The position numbers and the translations under genes are program-made. Positions 43,234-53,111 of a stretch of 64,000 nt of DNA are shown piece by piece. The DNA comes from a virus. The stretch is taken from the UHGV virus genome UHGV-0133741; one strand, given 5' to 3'. The notes under the pieces were generated by a model. It saw only the letters and a program-made list of their open reading frames with translations, was not told the DNA's origin and did no database searches. Each line of letters opens with the position of its first letter. Positions within the stretch are counted from its first letter, which is position 1.

Positions 43234-44451
43234 TTATCCTTTCCGTTTACGGGCTTCGTTAATTTGTGTCTCAAGAATGCTTCGCGCCTGCGCGGTGGCA
43301 GCGGCCTTGTCCATTCCCTGACTTATGAAAAACTTTATGAGGTTGTTCGCCTGCGTTTGCAGGGCTTTTTTGAGAGCGTCGGCTTCAGCGCGAGCCTGGG
43401 CTTCCCTCACCCGCGAGGCTTTTAGTTCGGCACTCTTCCTGTTTGCCGTGGTGCGAGCTTTTTTTAACAACCGGCGAACGTTGTCCGTGGCGCTATCTTT
43501 GGCGCGTAGTTTTTTGCCTAATGCATCCTGAGATTTCAGATACAGCTCATACTCACGCGCAGCTTTAGCCTGATCCGTCGTTGTTGTCCGGTTGCGCGCG
43601 AGCGATTTAGCCAGTTCGCCTTTGAAATAGGTTGTTGTCTTCCGCTTGTCATCGCCGAAGGCCACCTGTTCAGCTGCTTTTTCCAGGGCAATAATGATGG
43701 CCTTGTGCCATGTGGGAGACTGAAAACGCGTCATAGCGTGCAAAACATGTTTGCAAGCCACACCAGTCAGATCAGGGTTGCGGATTTTGGGGAATGCATA
43801 CTCTTTTGGCGGCGCGACAGCATAGTTACCAGCCGTGGCCATATAACGATACCAGTATTGATGGCGTCCACAATCACAGTCGAAAGATACCCGGCCCTTG
43901 CAGAGATCGGCAGCGATTCGGGCTTTTTTCGCACCGTCTTCAGCAATATCCTCAACGGCTTTATCCCATTCCTCAAATCGAATTCTGACACGGTGATGCT
44001 GGTGGACCGACTCATCCGAGGCATTAACAGATATCAATGCAAGGTTGTGTTTTAGCCCGAGAAATGTCGCGGCTTTGATCCCTGTGCCATCAGAAACTTT
44101 GTTGTTAGCGCGTTTTATATCAATGCTGGTGGACTGCGCCACCAGCTGAGCATAGGTAATGCCGGGTACCGTGCTCTTGAATTTGGTTTTATGAGCCTGC
44201 CTTGAGGTGTTGAAACTGCGTATATCTTCGGGCGTAAAGTAGGTGCCATCTTTCTTTTTCCCAAGGCTGAGGAATGCCTCAAGTTCGCGGTTACGCATCC
44301 CCATAATCCTTGGGGTGAGTGTACGCCGCGCGTTTCGCCGATTCTGACGCTGCTGTTTACGGATAAGATCGAAGACCTTGTTAAAGTCTTTTGCACTTAA
44401 TCCATCAGTCTGATAGCGACCAAGGTTGTCGCGAGCATATTCAGTTGGCAT
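43234..44451 (-). CDS. morphogenesis protein with Cys/His cluster and basic coiled-coil C-terminus
   Basis: 405-aa ORF; ...CKGRVSFDCDCGRHQYW...CKHVLH... Confidence 0.35.
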   Translation of the reverse strand: MPTEYARDNLGRYQTDGLSAKDFNKVFDLIRKQQRQNRRNARRTLTPRIMGMRNRELEAFLSLGKKKDGTYFTPEDIRSFNTSRQAHKTKFKSTVPGITYAQLVAQSTSIDIKRANNKVSDGTGIKAATFLGLKHNLALISVNASDESVHQHHRVRIRFEEWDKAVEDIAEDGAKKARIAADLCKGRVSFDCDCGRHQYWYRYMATAGNYAVAPPKEYAFPKIRNPDLTGVACKHVLHAMTRFQSPTWHKAIIIALEKAAEQVAFGDDKRKTTTYFKGELAKSLARNRTTTTDQAKAAREYELYLKSQDALGKKLRAKDSATDNVRRLLKKARTTANRKSAELKASRVREAQARAEADALKKALQTQANNLIKFFISQGMDKAAATAQARSILETQINEARKRKG

Positions 44452-44460
44452 TCAATTCCC

Positions 44461-44838
44461 TTACGCAATGGATAATGTCCCTATTACCTGGCCGTCGTAT
44501 TGGAAATGGCGAATCATTTCGCGGAGCCAGGTGGCAGGTGGGAGTTTTAATTTTTTGCCAACAGTCATACCCTGAGACTCATCCTCAAGCCCGGCGGCGA
44601 GCGTCACAACCCAGCGTAGCTCTGCTATGCCCCACATACGGTAAGCCAGCAAATCCGGGCGATATTGCTCATCGGGAAGAACGTAATAAATCGTCAGATT
44701 CTTGTCGTTCGATTCACACATAAGCATCACCTCTTTGCGCAGCTCTGCCCTGAGTATTGGATCGGCTATGTTGCGGTCGTCATACCGCGACAGAGGATAT
44801 TGCCGGGTGCTTTGGGTTGTAGTGATTGATGTAGCCAT
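44461..44838 (-). CDS. hypothetical protein, first gene of the minus-strand block
   Basis: 125-aa ORF. Confidence 0.3.
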   Translation of the reverse strand: MATSITTTQSTRQYPLSRYDDRNIADPILRAELRKEVMLMCESNDKNLTIYYVLPDEQYRPDLLAYRMWGIAELRWVVTLAAGLEDESQGMTVGKKLKLPPATWLREMIRHFQYDGQVIGTLSIA

Positions 44839-44912
44839 AGTCAGCCTGCCAGAAATAGATGATGGTGATTCTACTGCTAGTCATTTGTTGATTATTTAAC
44901 TCAATAAAAGAA

Positions 44913-44929
44913 AATTATTAGTGCAATTT
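44913..44929 (-). promoter_or_regulatory. C1 operator-like site in the divergent intergenic region
   Basis: Reverse complement reads AATTGCACTAATAATTT. Confidence 0.35.
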
Positions 44930-44984
44930 TGGTTGTGAAATGTATCATTCTGCCCTTAAGTAGGTTCTTCATGAGGAAACAAAA

Positions 44985-45230
44985 TTGGCAGAACGTGTTG
45001 ATGATGCAGAGCTGAGCATGAATCAGTTAGAAGCTCTCAAAGACATGGCCATCGATAACATCAGAAAGCAGGCACAGGTCGTGAGCCAGGTATTTACAGG
45101 GAAGTGTCGTTACTGCAATGAACCGATTGAATCAGGCATCTATTGTGACGCTGAGTGTGCGCAATGGCACAGGGAAGAGCAGGCCGCAAAACAGCGTAAA
45201 TATGGCATGCGACCGGCAGGATTTGACTGA
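44985..45230 (+). CDS. small zinc-ribbon protein
   Basis: 81 aa with CRYC...C..C pattern. Confidence 0.35.
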   Translation: MAERVDDAELSMNQLEALKDMAIDNIRKQAQVVSQVFTGKCRYCNEPIESGIYCDAECAQWHREEQAAKQRKYGMRPAGFD

Positions 45231-45232
45231 TT

Positions 45233-45811
45233 GTGTTGCGCTTTACTGAGCAAGAGTATCTGGCTTTCAGTAAGCGCAGGAAGAAAGGATGGGCTAAGCC
45301 AAAGCCCAAAAAGGATCCGTTCTTATCACTTGCCCCGGTAAAAGAAGTTTCGCCACATGCGAAGGCGCTTGCAGCACTGGCAAAAAATCCTGATCTGCGA
45401 GTAGGAAATTGCGAGCACTACGAACAGGTTTTCATTTTTGATTACTTCGAGCGCAATTACCCTGAAATTTATGAGCTGTTGCATGCAACGCCTAACGGAG
45501 GGAAGCGTTCAAAAGCAACCGCCGGGAAAATGAAGGCTGAAGGGCAGAAAAAAGGTTATCCGGACATGAGTCTCGATAAAGCATGCGGTATTTATCACGG
45601 CATGCGAATTGAGCTTAAAGAACCAAATGGTAAAGCCCCGACGAAAGAGCAGATCGCCTGGATGCGCAGGCTTAGAGAGGAAGGTTACTACGTCGTTCTT
45701 GCGTATGGTGCAGAACAAGCGATAACCGCCATCCTGGAATACATAAGCCTTAAAAAGGGTGAGGCTATTGAGCATGTATTGAACGGCGACAAGTGGTTGC
45801 ATGCTGCTTAA
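45233..45811 (+). CDS. VRR-NUC domain nuclease-like protein
   Basis: 192 aa; ...CEHYEQVFIFDYFE...TPNGGKRS...GYPDMSL...IELKEP... pattern. Confidence 0.5.
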   Translation: MLRFTEQEYLAFSKRRKKGWAKPKPKKDPFLSLAPVKEVSPHAKALAALAKNPDLRVGNCEHYEQVFIFDYFERNYPEIYELLHATPNGGKRSKATAGKMKAEGQKKGYPDMSLDKACGIYHGMRIELKEPNGKAPTKEQIAWMRRLREEGYYVVLAYGAEQAITAILEYISLKKGEAIEHVLNGDKWLHAA

Positions 45812-46004
45812 AATAATAAATTAATTAGTGCATATGTGCTCTTTGATATAGCGCACATTAACATCGGGAGAATAATCGTGTCATTCAAGGCTAATTATGA
45901 ATCGCTGGCATCGATCATGCCGCGTAATGAACAGGAAGCAGATGCTGTAGTGGACCCGGTAATCGCTGAAATGAATGCTCGCCTGGAGGCTGAATTTGCA
46001 GCTG

Positions 46005-46637
46005 AGAATGAACATACCACCCAGGGCGACTAGGACTGTTTTTTGTGTCGGTAGCGGTCCGTCACTCACTCGTGAGGACTGTGCTGCTATAGAAAAAACT
46101 GGCTGTTCAATCATCGCGGTTAACAATTCCTGGCAGATGTTCGATGACATTTATGCCTTATACGCCGGTGATTTGTCATGGTGGAAGCAATACGGATCCA
46201 CCATACCGGGAGGGAGATTCCGCAAAGTGACAGCCAACCTGGCGGCGGCGAAATCATTTTCGTTGGAGTACAGGCGATATTGTGGACCGGCTGAAGGGGT
46301 TAATAGCGGCGCGCAGGCTATCAGTCTGGCGGCTGAATCAGGGGCTGAAGTAGTTGTATTAGTCGGCTATGACTGTTCTCTGCAAAACGGCCTTCATTGG
46401 CATGGAGCACACCCTCAAGCACTACGGAATCCAACGCAGGTATCTATTTCAAAATGGCAACAGCAGTTCCTGGATACCCGCAAAAAACACGCAGATTTAC
46501 ATATTTTGAATGCAAGTAGGAGCAGTGCAATTCAATGTTTCCCAAGAATAAATTTAGAGGCAGTGATCGCGTTATTATCGTCGGCAGTGGCCCAAGCGCC
46601 GCAAACTTTGTTGCGCCGCGCGGAGTGCCGATTATAG
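46005..46637 (+). CDS. Rossmann-like protein, paralogue 1 (GSGPS motif family)
   Basis: Track ORF 45975-46637; ...VFCVGSGPSLT...CSIIAVNNSWQ...; paralogous to the next ORF. Confidence 0.4.
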   Translation, partial: RMNIPPRATRTVFCVGSGPSLTREDCAAIEKTGCSIIAVNNSWQMFDDIYALYAGDLSWWKQYGSTIPGGRFRKVTANLAAAKSFSLEYRRYCGPAEGVNSGAQAISLAAESGAEVVVLVGYDCSLQNGLHWHGAHPQALRNPTQVSISKWQQQFLDTRKKHADLHILNASRSSAIQCFPRINLEAVIALLSSAVAQAPQTLLRRAECRL

Positions 46638-47161
46638 CGGTCAATGGGGCCATCGACTGGCTTAACCGCGCTTCTTATTTTTTCACACTTGATCCATCGC
46701 CAGACAATATGCGGCGCGTTGGTCGTGGCCGCCGTCGCCGTGGTGTTTGTTATTGCATGGCACTACCCGATGTTAAAGAACGTGAAGTCAGAGATGGCGT
46801 TCTGTGCTTCCGTCGTGTGGCTGAACGCGGCACGGAGCCAAAAAATACGAATTCTCCCGAGTGGTGGGCGTGGCGCTGGTCCGCACATTTCGGCCTTTGC
46901 GAAGATGAGAATGAAATTGCCAGCGGCAATAGTGCATATGGTGCTCTGAACCTGGCTTTCCATATCGGATTCAAACATGTAGCCCTGGTGGGCGTTGACG
47001 CTACGCAAGAAGCACGCGTTCACTCCGGCGGCACGCCAAAAAATCTAAGTCACCTGCCTTTGTTATTCCAGTCTGCGCGTGAACAGATTGACGTTGTTTC
47101 ATGCGGGAAAATGGGAGGTATTCCGCAGATGACTCTTAAAGAATGGCTGAAGAATACATGA
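46535..47161 (+). CDS. Rossmann-like protein, paralogue 2 (GSGPS motif family)
   Basis: 208 aa; ...[12 protein letters not shown]...[12 protein letters not shown]...; annotated 5' end overlaps the previous ORF by ~100 nt, so the real start may lie downstream. Confidence 0.4.
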   Translation: MFPKNKFRGSDRVIIVGSGPSAANFVAPRGVPIIAVNGAIDWLNRASYFFTLDPSPDNMRRVGRGRRRRGVCYCMALPDVKEREVRDGVLCFRRVAERGTEPKNTNSPEWWAWRWSAHFGLCEDENEIASGNSAYGALNLAFHIGFKHVALVGVDATQEARVHSGGTPKNLSHLPLLFQSAREQIDVVSCGKMGGIPQMTLKEWLKNT

Positions 47162-47835
47162 TGGCACCCACAATTTATCACCGTATCGACGGTACCAAAT
47201 ACAGAAATGTCTGGGTTGTTGGTGATCTGCATGGTTGCTACACCAGACTGATGTCCGAACTCCATCGTGTGGATTTTGACCCGGCGCAGGATTTACTGAT
47301 ATCGGTCGGCGACCTTATCGATCGCGGTACTGAAAATGTCGAATGTCTGGAACTATTGCAGATGCCTTGGTTCAGGGCAGTGATGGGGAACCATGAGCGG
47401 TTGATGCTCGATGCGTTAAGTCCTGATGGCAACGTGAATAACTGGCTAATGAATGGCGGTCAATGGTTCTTCATGCTGGACGCTGATCAGGAAATATTAG
47501 CCAGGGCGCTGGTGGAGTTGGTAAGACGACTGCCCTATATCATTGAGTTGAACACCGGGCAAGAAACTATCGTTATAGCCCATGCCGACTATCCGGATAA
47601 TGAATATCAATTCGGTAAGGAGGTGCCGCTTTTCAACGTTGTCTGGGCGCGCGAGCGTATCAGTGATTCGATGGATGATATTGGTGGCGAAATTTCGGGC
47701 GCAGATCGTTTTATCTTTGGTCACACTCCGGTGAAAAGCCCGAAGACATTCTGGAATCAGCATTATATCGACACTGGTGCCGTATTTTGCGGAAACCTGA
47801 CATTGATGAAAGTGAAAGGTGATGGTGCAGCATGA
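47143..47835 (+). CDS. ppp: Ser/Thr protein phosphatase (lambda-PPase-like metallophosphatase)
   Basis: 230 aa; GDLHGC, GDLIDRG and GNHE motifs. Confidence 0.75.
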   Translation: MAEEYMMAPTIYHRIDGTKYRNVWVVGDLHGCYTRLMSELHRVDFDPAQDLLISVGDLIDRGTENVECLELLQMPWFRAVMGNHERLMLDALSPDGNVNNWLMNGGQWFFMLDADQEILARALVELVRRLPYIIELNTGQETIVIAHADYPDNEYQFGKEVPLFNVVWARERISDSMDDIGGEISGADRFIFGHTPVKSPKTFWNQHYIDTGAVFCGNLTLMKVKGDGAA

Positions 47836-48533
47836 AGATTGCTTTAGTTCTTCGCTCTGGTGGTGACTATAACGCTTCCGATGTGCAGTGGCTGGTTAAT
47901 CAACTGCCAAAAGGCTATGAAATTATTTGCCTGACAGACCTGAAGCGTTTACATGTACCTGGTGTCAAAGTTGTCCCATTGATCAACCAGTGGCAAAAGT
48001 GCCGTGGCTGGTGGGCGAAAATCGAGTTGTTCCGACCGGATATAACCGATGATCTGTTCTATCTGGATTTGGACACGGTTATTGCCGGTGATATACGCCC
48101 AATCCTTGAGAATCCACCAAGCAGCTTCACCATGCTTAGGGATTTTTACCATCCACAATATCGTGGTAGCGGTGCACTGTGGATACCAAATAGTGTAAAA
48201 GCGCATATCTGGAGTGCATTCTGGCAAGATCCGGAAGGTTGGATTTCTCGTTGTGTCACTACTGAGTGCTGGGGTGATCAGGGGTTCTTACGGAAGGTTA
48301 TGGGCGATGATACACCAGCATTTCAGGATCTGTATCCAGGATGGTTTGTAAGTTACAAGGCCGATGTTGTGGAACCTGGTTCAAAATATGCGAGCGCGCG
48401 TTACTCCAGGGGGAATGGGGCATTACCAAAGGACTGCCGAATAATTTTTTTCCACGGCAAACCGCGACCTCGCGAAGTGTCAGAGGATTGGCTTCCCCTT
48501 ATCAGCTCGTTTTTTGAGCAAGAATCAGAATAA
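47832..48533 (+). CDS. hypothetical protein with DXD-like motif (possible glycosyltransferase-like)
   Basis: 233 aa; ...[13 protein letters not shown]... Confidence 0.35.
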   Translation: MKIALVLRSGGDYNASDVQWLVNQLPKGYEIICLTDLKRLHVPGVKVVPLINQWQKCRGWWAKIELFRPDITDDLFYLDLDTVIAGDIRPILENPPSSFTMLRDFYHPQYRGSGALWIPNSVKAHIWSAFWQDPEGWISRCVTTECWGDQGFLRKVMGDDTPAFQDLYPGWFVSYKADVVEPGSKYASARYSRGNGALPKDCRIIFFHGKPRPREVSEDWLPLISSFFEQESE

Positions 48534-48534
48534 T

Positions 48535-48600
48535 ATTGCTCTAATAATTCCATATTTTTAAAGCGTGATGTACACTCATCACGTTTTTTATTAGAGCAAT
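48535..48600. promoter_or_regulatory. pair of inverted C1 operator-like sites flanking a terminator-like palindrome (Op86-like)
   Basis: ATTGCTCTAATAATTCC ... GCGTGATGTACACTCATCACGTTTTTT ... TTATTAGAGCAAT. Confidence 0.5.
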
Positions 48601-48614
48601 CCATAAGGTGCACT

Positions 48615-48833
48615 ATGTGGCCATTCCGACGGAAATATCACTACTGGCTGATCGCCTTTGTTACGCCGACCGGCGGTATCAGGCATGTCATCACCAGGTA
48701 TCGCAACAAGAGACTCACCTTAGCCAGAATTTTACAGGCTGCCATAGGTGAGGGACTGGATACAAATTGCGTAGTCCTTCCTCCTTCATACTTAGGAAAA
48801 ATGACCGAAGCACAAGCTAATACGGAACTTTGA
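48615..48833 (+). CDS. small hypothetical protein
   Basis: 72-aa ORF. Confidence 0.25.
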   Translation: MWPFRRKYHYWLIAFVTPTGGIRHVITRYRNKRLTLARILQAAIGEGLDTNCVVLPPSYLGKMTEAQANTEL

Positions 48834-48834
48834 A

Positions 48835-50097
48835 ATGAGCACTTCAGCACAAAACCAATCAATCGAAAATGTATCTATCCCTGATGTCCTGAATGCCGGT
48901 ATCCCGGCCATTATCCAGAACATCCGGGCCGCGCAACGCCGCGTTAGTTGTGATGACCTCACAGCACGTTTTTTTGATAATGCGGTTCAGTCAGCGGAGA
49001 TGCTTCACGCACAGCTTATTGATGTTTATAACGCAGAAGCTGATAGCCATAACTCCCTGGTAGATGCAGCTGAAAATATGCAGTTGGATCTCGGTCTGAA
49101 GGGTAAAGAAATTGAAGAGCTTCAGCTGCAAATTGAACATTTGAAACGCCAGCAACAGGACGCGATCGACGATGCGACGCATGACGCCAACCAGCGTGCT
49201 GATAATGCCGAACGTATAAGCATTGAGCTGGAAACAAAACTCAATGAAATGACCGCGATGGTTGAACTGCGGAACTCACAGATTTCAACGCTAAAATCTC
49301 AATATAAAGAGATCATGAAACTTGATCCTTTTAACCTTGAGAAACGCTATAACAAAGCTAAAAGCGAGCGACAGGAACTGCGTAAGCAGGTCGCCGACCT
49401 TAACCAACAGCTCAAAAAAACTATTAAAGATGCAAGCGAGGCGCGCGTGGCATTTGCTAATAAAAAAGCAGAGGTTACCGCGCTGGTTAATGAGAATGCC
49501 AAATTTGCGACGCTCAAGAAGGAAATGTATGGCATTACTGAGCGCCGTTTCCCTGCAAGCAAACTTCATCCGACGTTAGGGCAAATCTCCTTCTTCCCGC
49601 GCCTCCTGGCTTATGGGATCTCATCGCCTAAAGAGTTCAATAACGAGCGTCCTTATATCGTTTCTAAGCTGGACTTTGCTTATCAGTTCTGCTGCGACAT
49701 GGGCTATGCCATTGATATCCGAATCAACGAATGGTTGATGCCAAACTTCCAGCCGTTGGCAATTTTCCGCGAGTTCCAGCCGGAAGGTTGGGTAGAGTTC
49801 TTCCATGAATTGATCTGTAAAGAGATGGAAAGCCGCCGCCCGGAACTGGTCCGCCGTGTCGAGTGGGCGCAAGAGGTTATGTTGGCAGATGCAGAGCTGC
49901 CGTTCGAACCGGAATTCATTGATGATCTGGCAACTAAAGGGCTGCATACCCTGTTTGATGTGGTTACCCGCCGTCATGAGCAGTTGGTTGTCGAATTGGG
50001 TTTAGAGGAAACAGCGGCAAGAAGACTTCTCGATGTTTGCTATGCACGTAGCGATGCATGGGAAAAAGAGAACGGCGGCACTATTTACGTTCGCTAA
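48835..50097 (+). CDS. coiled-coil protein, unknown function
   Basis: 420 aa; long heptad-like region (residues ~70-220). Confidence 0.4.
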   Translation: MSTSAQNQSIENVSIPDVLNAGIPAIIQNIRAAQRRVSCDDLTARFFDNAVQSAEMLHAQLIDVYNAEADSHNSLVDAAENMQLDLGLKGKEIEELQLQIEHLKRQQQDAIDDATHDANQRADNAERISIELETKLNEMTAMVELRNSQISTLKSQYKEIMKLDPFNLEKRYNKAKSERQELRKQVADLNQQLKKTIKDASEARVAFANKKAEVTALVNENAKFATLKKEMYGITERRFPASKLHPTLGQISFFPRLLAYGISSPKEFNNERPYIVSKLDFAYQFCCDMGYAIDIRINEWLMPNFQPLAIFREFQPEGWVEFFHELICKEMESRRPELVRRVEWAQEVMLADAELPFEPEFIDDLATKGLHTLFDVVTRRHEQLVVELGLEETAARRLLDVCYARSDAWEKENGGTIYVR

Positions 50098-50117
50098 TAG
50101 TTACAGTGTCACTTTTA

Positions 50118-50152
50118 ATGCTGGTGGAGTGCGTCCCACCAGCATTTTTTTC
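50118..50152 (+). terminator. rho-independent terminator
   Basis: GCTGGTGGAGTGCGTCCCACCAGC followed by TTTTTTT. Confidence 0.45.
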
Positions 50153-50170
50153 GTCCAATGAGGAGGGCAT

Positions 50171-50674
50171 TTGAGTATTTTCAATAAACACGCACACCAG
50201 GAACGTCCGTATATCGTCATAGTCGATATTGATGGAACAATATCAGAGGCAACTGAAGACAGACTGCATTTGCTTCCGCCACCAGGTAAAGGTGCATTAA
50301 CAAAGGACTGGAACGAGTTTAATCTCGCCTGTGACACCGATACTCCCATCACTCCAGTTATTGATATGGTGCGCCAGTTATTTAACGTTTACACGGTCTG
50401 GTTTGTAACCGGGCGCTGTGAGATCGCAAGGGATAAAACACGAGCTTGGCTGCGGAAGTACGTAACAAACGGGGCTGAGCCTTTGCTATCTATGCGTCCT
50501 GCCACCGATGACAGAAATGACGGCCCAGCAAAGATTGATCTCCTTAAGAAAATTGGTCTAAGTAAAATCGCGTTCGCGCTGGAAGATAAGATTGAAGTGG
50601 CGCGTGTTTTCAGGAGTCACGGCGTACTTACGTTAATGGTCAGGGAGTATGAAAACGCGCTTCTCCATCAGTAA
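50171..50674 (+). CDS. pap: HAD-superfamily phosphatase-like protein
   Basis: 167 aa; HAD motif I VIVDIDGTIS; gene symbol tentative, by analogy to P1 pap. Confidence 0.5.
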   Translation: MSIFNKHAHQERPYIVIVDIDGTISEATEDRLHLLPPPGKGALTKDWNEFNLACDTDTPITPVIDMVRQLFNVYTVWFVTGRCEIARDKTRAWLRKYVTNGAEPLLSMRPATDDRNDGPAKIDLLKKIGLSKIAFALEDKIEVARVFRSHGVLTLMVREYENALLHQ

Positions 50675-50676
50675 TA

Positions 50677-50693
50677 ATTGCTCTAATAAATCT
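50677..50693 (+). promoter_or_regulatory. C1 operator-like site (Op88-like)
   Basis: ATTGCTCTAATAAATCT. Confidence 0.55.
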
Positions 50694-50775
50694 TGATTTT
50701 TAAAGCAGAGAAAGTGAAAATAAAAACATGCCGCAAGGCGCGGCATGTATCCAATCAATCACAGGAGCTGAAAAT

Positions 50776-50862
50776 ATGAACACGGCATTCAAAATCATTA
50801 TGGCCGCGATCTATTTCTGGCTGTTCTCTATCACTTTTGGCGGCATCGTCGCGCATGGGTAA
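50776..50862 (+). CDS. small hydrophobic peptide (28 aa)
   Basis: MNTAFKIIMAAIYFWLFSITFGGIVAHG with AGGAG Shine-Dalgarno 8 nt upstream; below the 60-aa cutoff of the supplied track. Confidence 0.3.
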   Translation: MNTAFKIIMAAIYFWLFSITFGGIVAHG

Positions 50863-50898
50863 GGGGGATGCATGAAAGGCGAAGTGAAAGAGCGCGGC

Positions 50899-51450
50899 AT
50901 GATTTTCAACGATGAGATGGTCCGGGCAATTCTTGGGGGGAATAAAACACAGACTCGCAGGATTGTTGAAGAAAAATTCTATGGACGGGCAGTGGCCGTA
51001 GAGTTGCTTGCTAAGCATTGTCCATATGGTCAACCGGGCGATCGTATTTGGGTTCGCGAAACCTACCGGGTACATGGCAAAGCGACGGACGTCGCAACGC
51101 TGGTTTATCGCGCAAGCGTGCGTAACTCCTGGACAGAACAAACGCACCGGGTTCCGGTCGAGGTTTGTAATAAACCAGTATCAGAAAAGTGGACGCCATC
51201 AATTCACATGCCGCGCTGGGCTTCGCGTATTTTGCTGGAAATTACCGACGTGCGTGTGGAACGGCTGCATGACATGAGCGAGGCAGATGCTAAAGCGGAA
51301 GGCGCATCTCCGGCGACGTACAAGATTACACCGCCGGAAGCTGTTTATCGCGTTGGTTTCGGTGATATCTGGCGCGGTATTTACGGGCAAGAGAACTGGC
51401 TATCTAACCCGTGGGTATGGGTAATCGAGTTTAAGCGCATTCAGGAATAA
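50899..51450 (+). CDS. ASCH/PUA-like domain protein
   Basis: Track ORF 50872-51450; MIFNDEMVRAILGGNKTQTRR...GQPGDRIWVRETY... resembles the ASCH family. Confidence 0.45.
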   Translation: MIFNDEMVRAILGGNKTQTRRIVEEKFYGRAVAVELLAKHCPYGQPGDRIWVRETYRVHGKATDVATLVYRASVRNSWTEQTHRVPVEVCNKPVSEKWTPSIHMPRWASRILLEITDVRVERLHDMSEADAKAEGASPATYKITPPEAVYRVGFGDIWRGIYGQENWLSNPWVWVIEFKRIQE

Positions 51451-51453
51451 ACC

Positions 51454-52332
51454 GTGAGTATGCATCAAGTCGTCAGCTTTTCAGGTGGACGAACATCAGC
51501 TTATCTCGTTCATCTGATGGAAGCACAGCGAAAAGCTGGCGCTAGCGTCCATTTCATTTTTATGGATACCGGCTGTGAACATCCTCTGACGTATCGCTTT
51601 ATTCGTGAGGTTGTGAAGTTCTGGAACGTACCGCTAACGGTGTTGCAGGTCGATATAAATCCAGAACTTGGGCAGCCAAATGGTTATACGGAATGGGAAC
51701 CAAAGGATATTCAGACGCGAATGCCGGTGATTAAACCGTTTATGGACATGGTTAAAAAGTACGGTACGCCATACATCGGCGGCGCGTTCTGTACTGACAG
51801 GCTAAAACTCACCCCTTTCATGAAATATTGCGATGACCATTTTGGGCGAGGGAATTACATCACATGGCTGGGTATTCGTGCGGACGAACACCGTAGGCTG
51901 AAACTGAAACCGGGCGTCCGGTATCTTGCAGAGCTGTCAGATTTTGATAAGTCGGATGTTATCCGGTGGTGGCGAAAACAACCTTTTGATTTGCAAATCC
52001 CGGAGCACCTCGGGAACTGTGTTTTTTGCATCAAAAAGTCAACGCAAAAGCTGGGGCTTGCATGTAAAGACGAACCTGGTCTGATGCGGGTTTTTAATGA
52101 ACTGGTTACAGGCAAACACGTCAGGGATGGTCATCGCAGAACAGGTAAAGACGTTATGTACCGTGGCCACCTGACGCTTGACGGGATTGCCAGAATGTAT
52201 GCCGACAGTGACTACAGAAATTTGTATCAGGCGATGGTGCTGGCCAAGCGGTTTGATACTGGTTCGTGTTCCGAATCATGTGAAATCTGGGGTGACCAAT
52301 TGGAGTTGAAATTCGAAGAGGTAGTGGAATGA
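51454..52332 (+). CDS. PAPS reductase-family (PP-loop ATP pyrophosphatase) protein
   Basis: 292 aa; PP-loop SFSGGRTS, ...FMDTGCEHPLTY...; CxxC near the C-terminus (GNCVFCIKKS). Confidence 0.6.
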   Translation: MSMHQVVSFSGGRTSAYLVHLMEAQRKAGASVHFIFMDTGCEHPLTYRFIREVVKFWNVPLTVLQVDINPELGQPNGYTEWEPKDIQTRMPVIKPFMDMVKKYGTPYIGGAFCTDRLKLTPFMKYCDDHFGRGNYITWLGIRADEHRRLKLKPGVRYLAELSDFDKSDVIRWWRKQPFDLQIPEHLGNCVFCIKKSTQKLGLACKDEPGLMRVFNELVTGKHVRDGHRRTGKDVMYRGHLTLDGIARMYADSDYRNLYQAMVLAKRFDTGSCSESCEIWGDQLELKFEEVVE

Positions 52333-52532
52333 CAATCGTAAAAACCCATACCGGTACCGTGATCACCAAAGATGGCCCGAAGGTAAAAAAACTGCACCAA
52401 ACAGAGCGGATGTGGGTCGTTGGCAAAAACGAGTTTTACCACAAAGAAACTGGACGCCGCCATTTTGCAGAAAATACGCGCCGCCGACTGCTGTTAGACA
52501 CCATCAAGCCTATCGAGGTGAAGCATGTTTAA
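52329..52532 (+). CDS. small hypothetical protein
   Basis: 67-aa ORF, start overlaps the previous stop. Confidence 0.3.
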   Translation: MTIVKTHTGTVITKDGPKVKKLHQTERMWVVGKNEFYHKETGRRHFAENTRRRLLLDTIKPIEVKHV

Positions 52533-52764
52533 ACAGAACGAAAAAGCTATCGCTCAAATTGCTGATTATATCCCGCGTGCGTGCCGGGGTATGCAGTTGC
52601 AGGAAGCCAAAGCGCGCCTAGAGAAAAAAATTGCGCTCTATATTGATGACGGATGTGATGCCGCCGTTCTTAACGCGGCGTTCGCACCAGCTCTTAACTG
52701 TCACACTCGGGAGTCTTTTTTTTCGTGCATCGCAGCGCAACTCCGCCAAGGAGGCAACCAGTGA
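52525..52764 (+). CDS. small hypothetical protein
   Basis: 79-aa ORF. Confidence 0.3.
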   Translation: MFKQNEKAIAQIADYIPRACRGMQLQEAKARLEKKIALYIDDGCDAAVLNAAFAPALNCHTRESFFSCIAAQLRQGGNQ

Positions 52765-53111
52765 GTAACCGTTTTTACATGATGTGCTTGCGTGAAACCG
52801 TGGGTAATAACGCCTCATTCCATTGCCATAACGGCAATGGTTACAGCTCTGATATCGATCGCGCTCATGTTTACACGCTGGAAGAAGCCCAAAAAGCCTG
52901 GAATTGTGGGCGAGATATCGAGCCACCTATTAGCGCCAATCTTGATGTTGCTGGTGGCAGGCTGGTTTCGGTTCTATTTGGTGATTACCGCGACGACTTC
53001 TTTCAGCCTGAAGAAGTTGATGTAGTGCGAGAAGCATTAAACGAGCTAAGTGTTGATAACGATGATGCTCATGCGGAAATCATCAAAAAAATGGAACTGC
53101 TAACTCACTGA
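52725..53111 (+). CDS. hypothetical protein
   Basis: Track ORF; probable start near 52776 (MMCLRETVG...). Confidence 0.3.
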   Translation: MHRSATPPRRQPVSNRFYMMCLRETVGNNASFHCHNGNGYSSDIDRAHVYTLEEAQKAWNCGRDIEPPISANLDVAGGRLVSVLFGDYRDDFFQPEEVDVVREALNELSVDNDDAHAEIIKKMELLTH

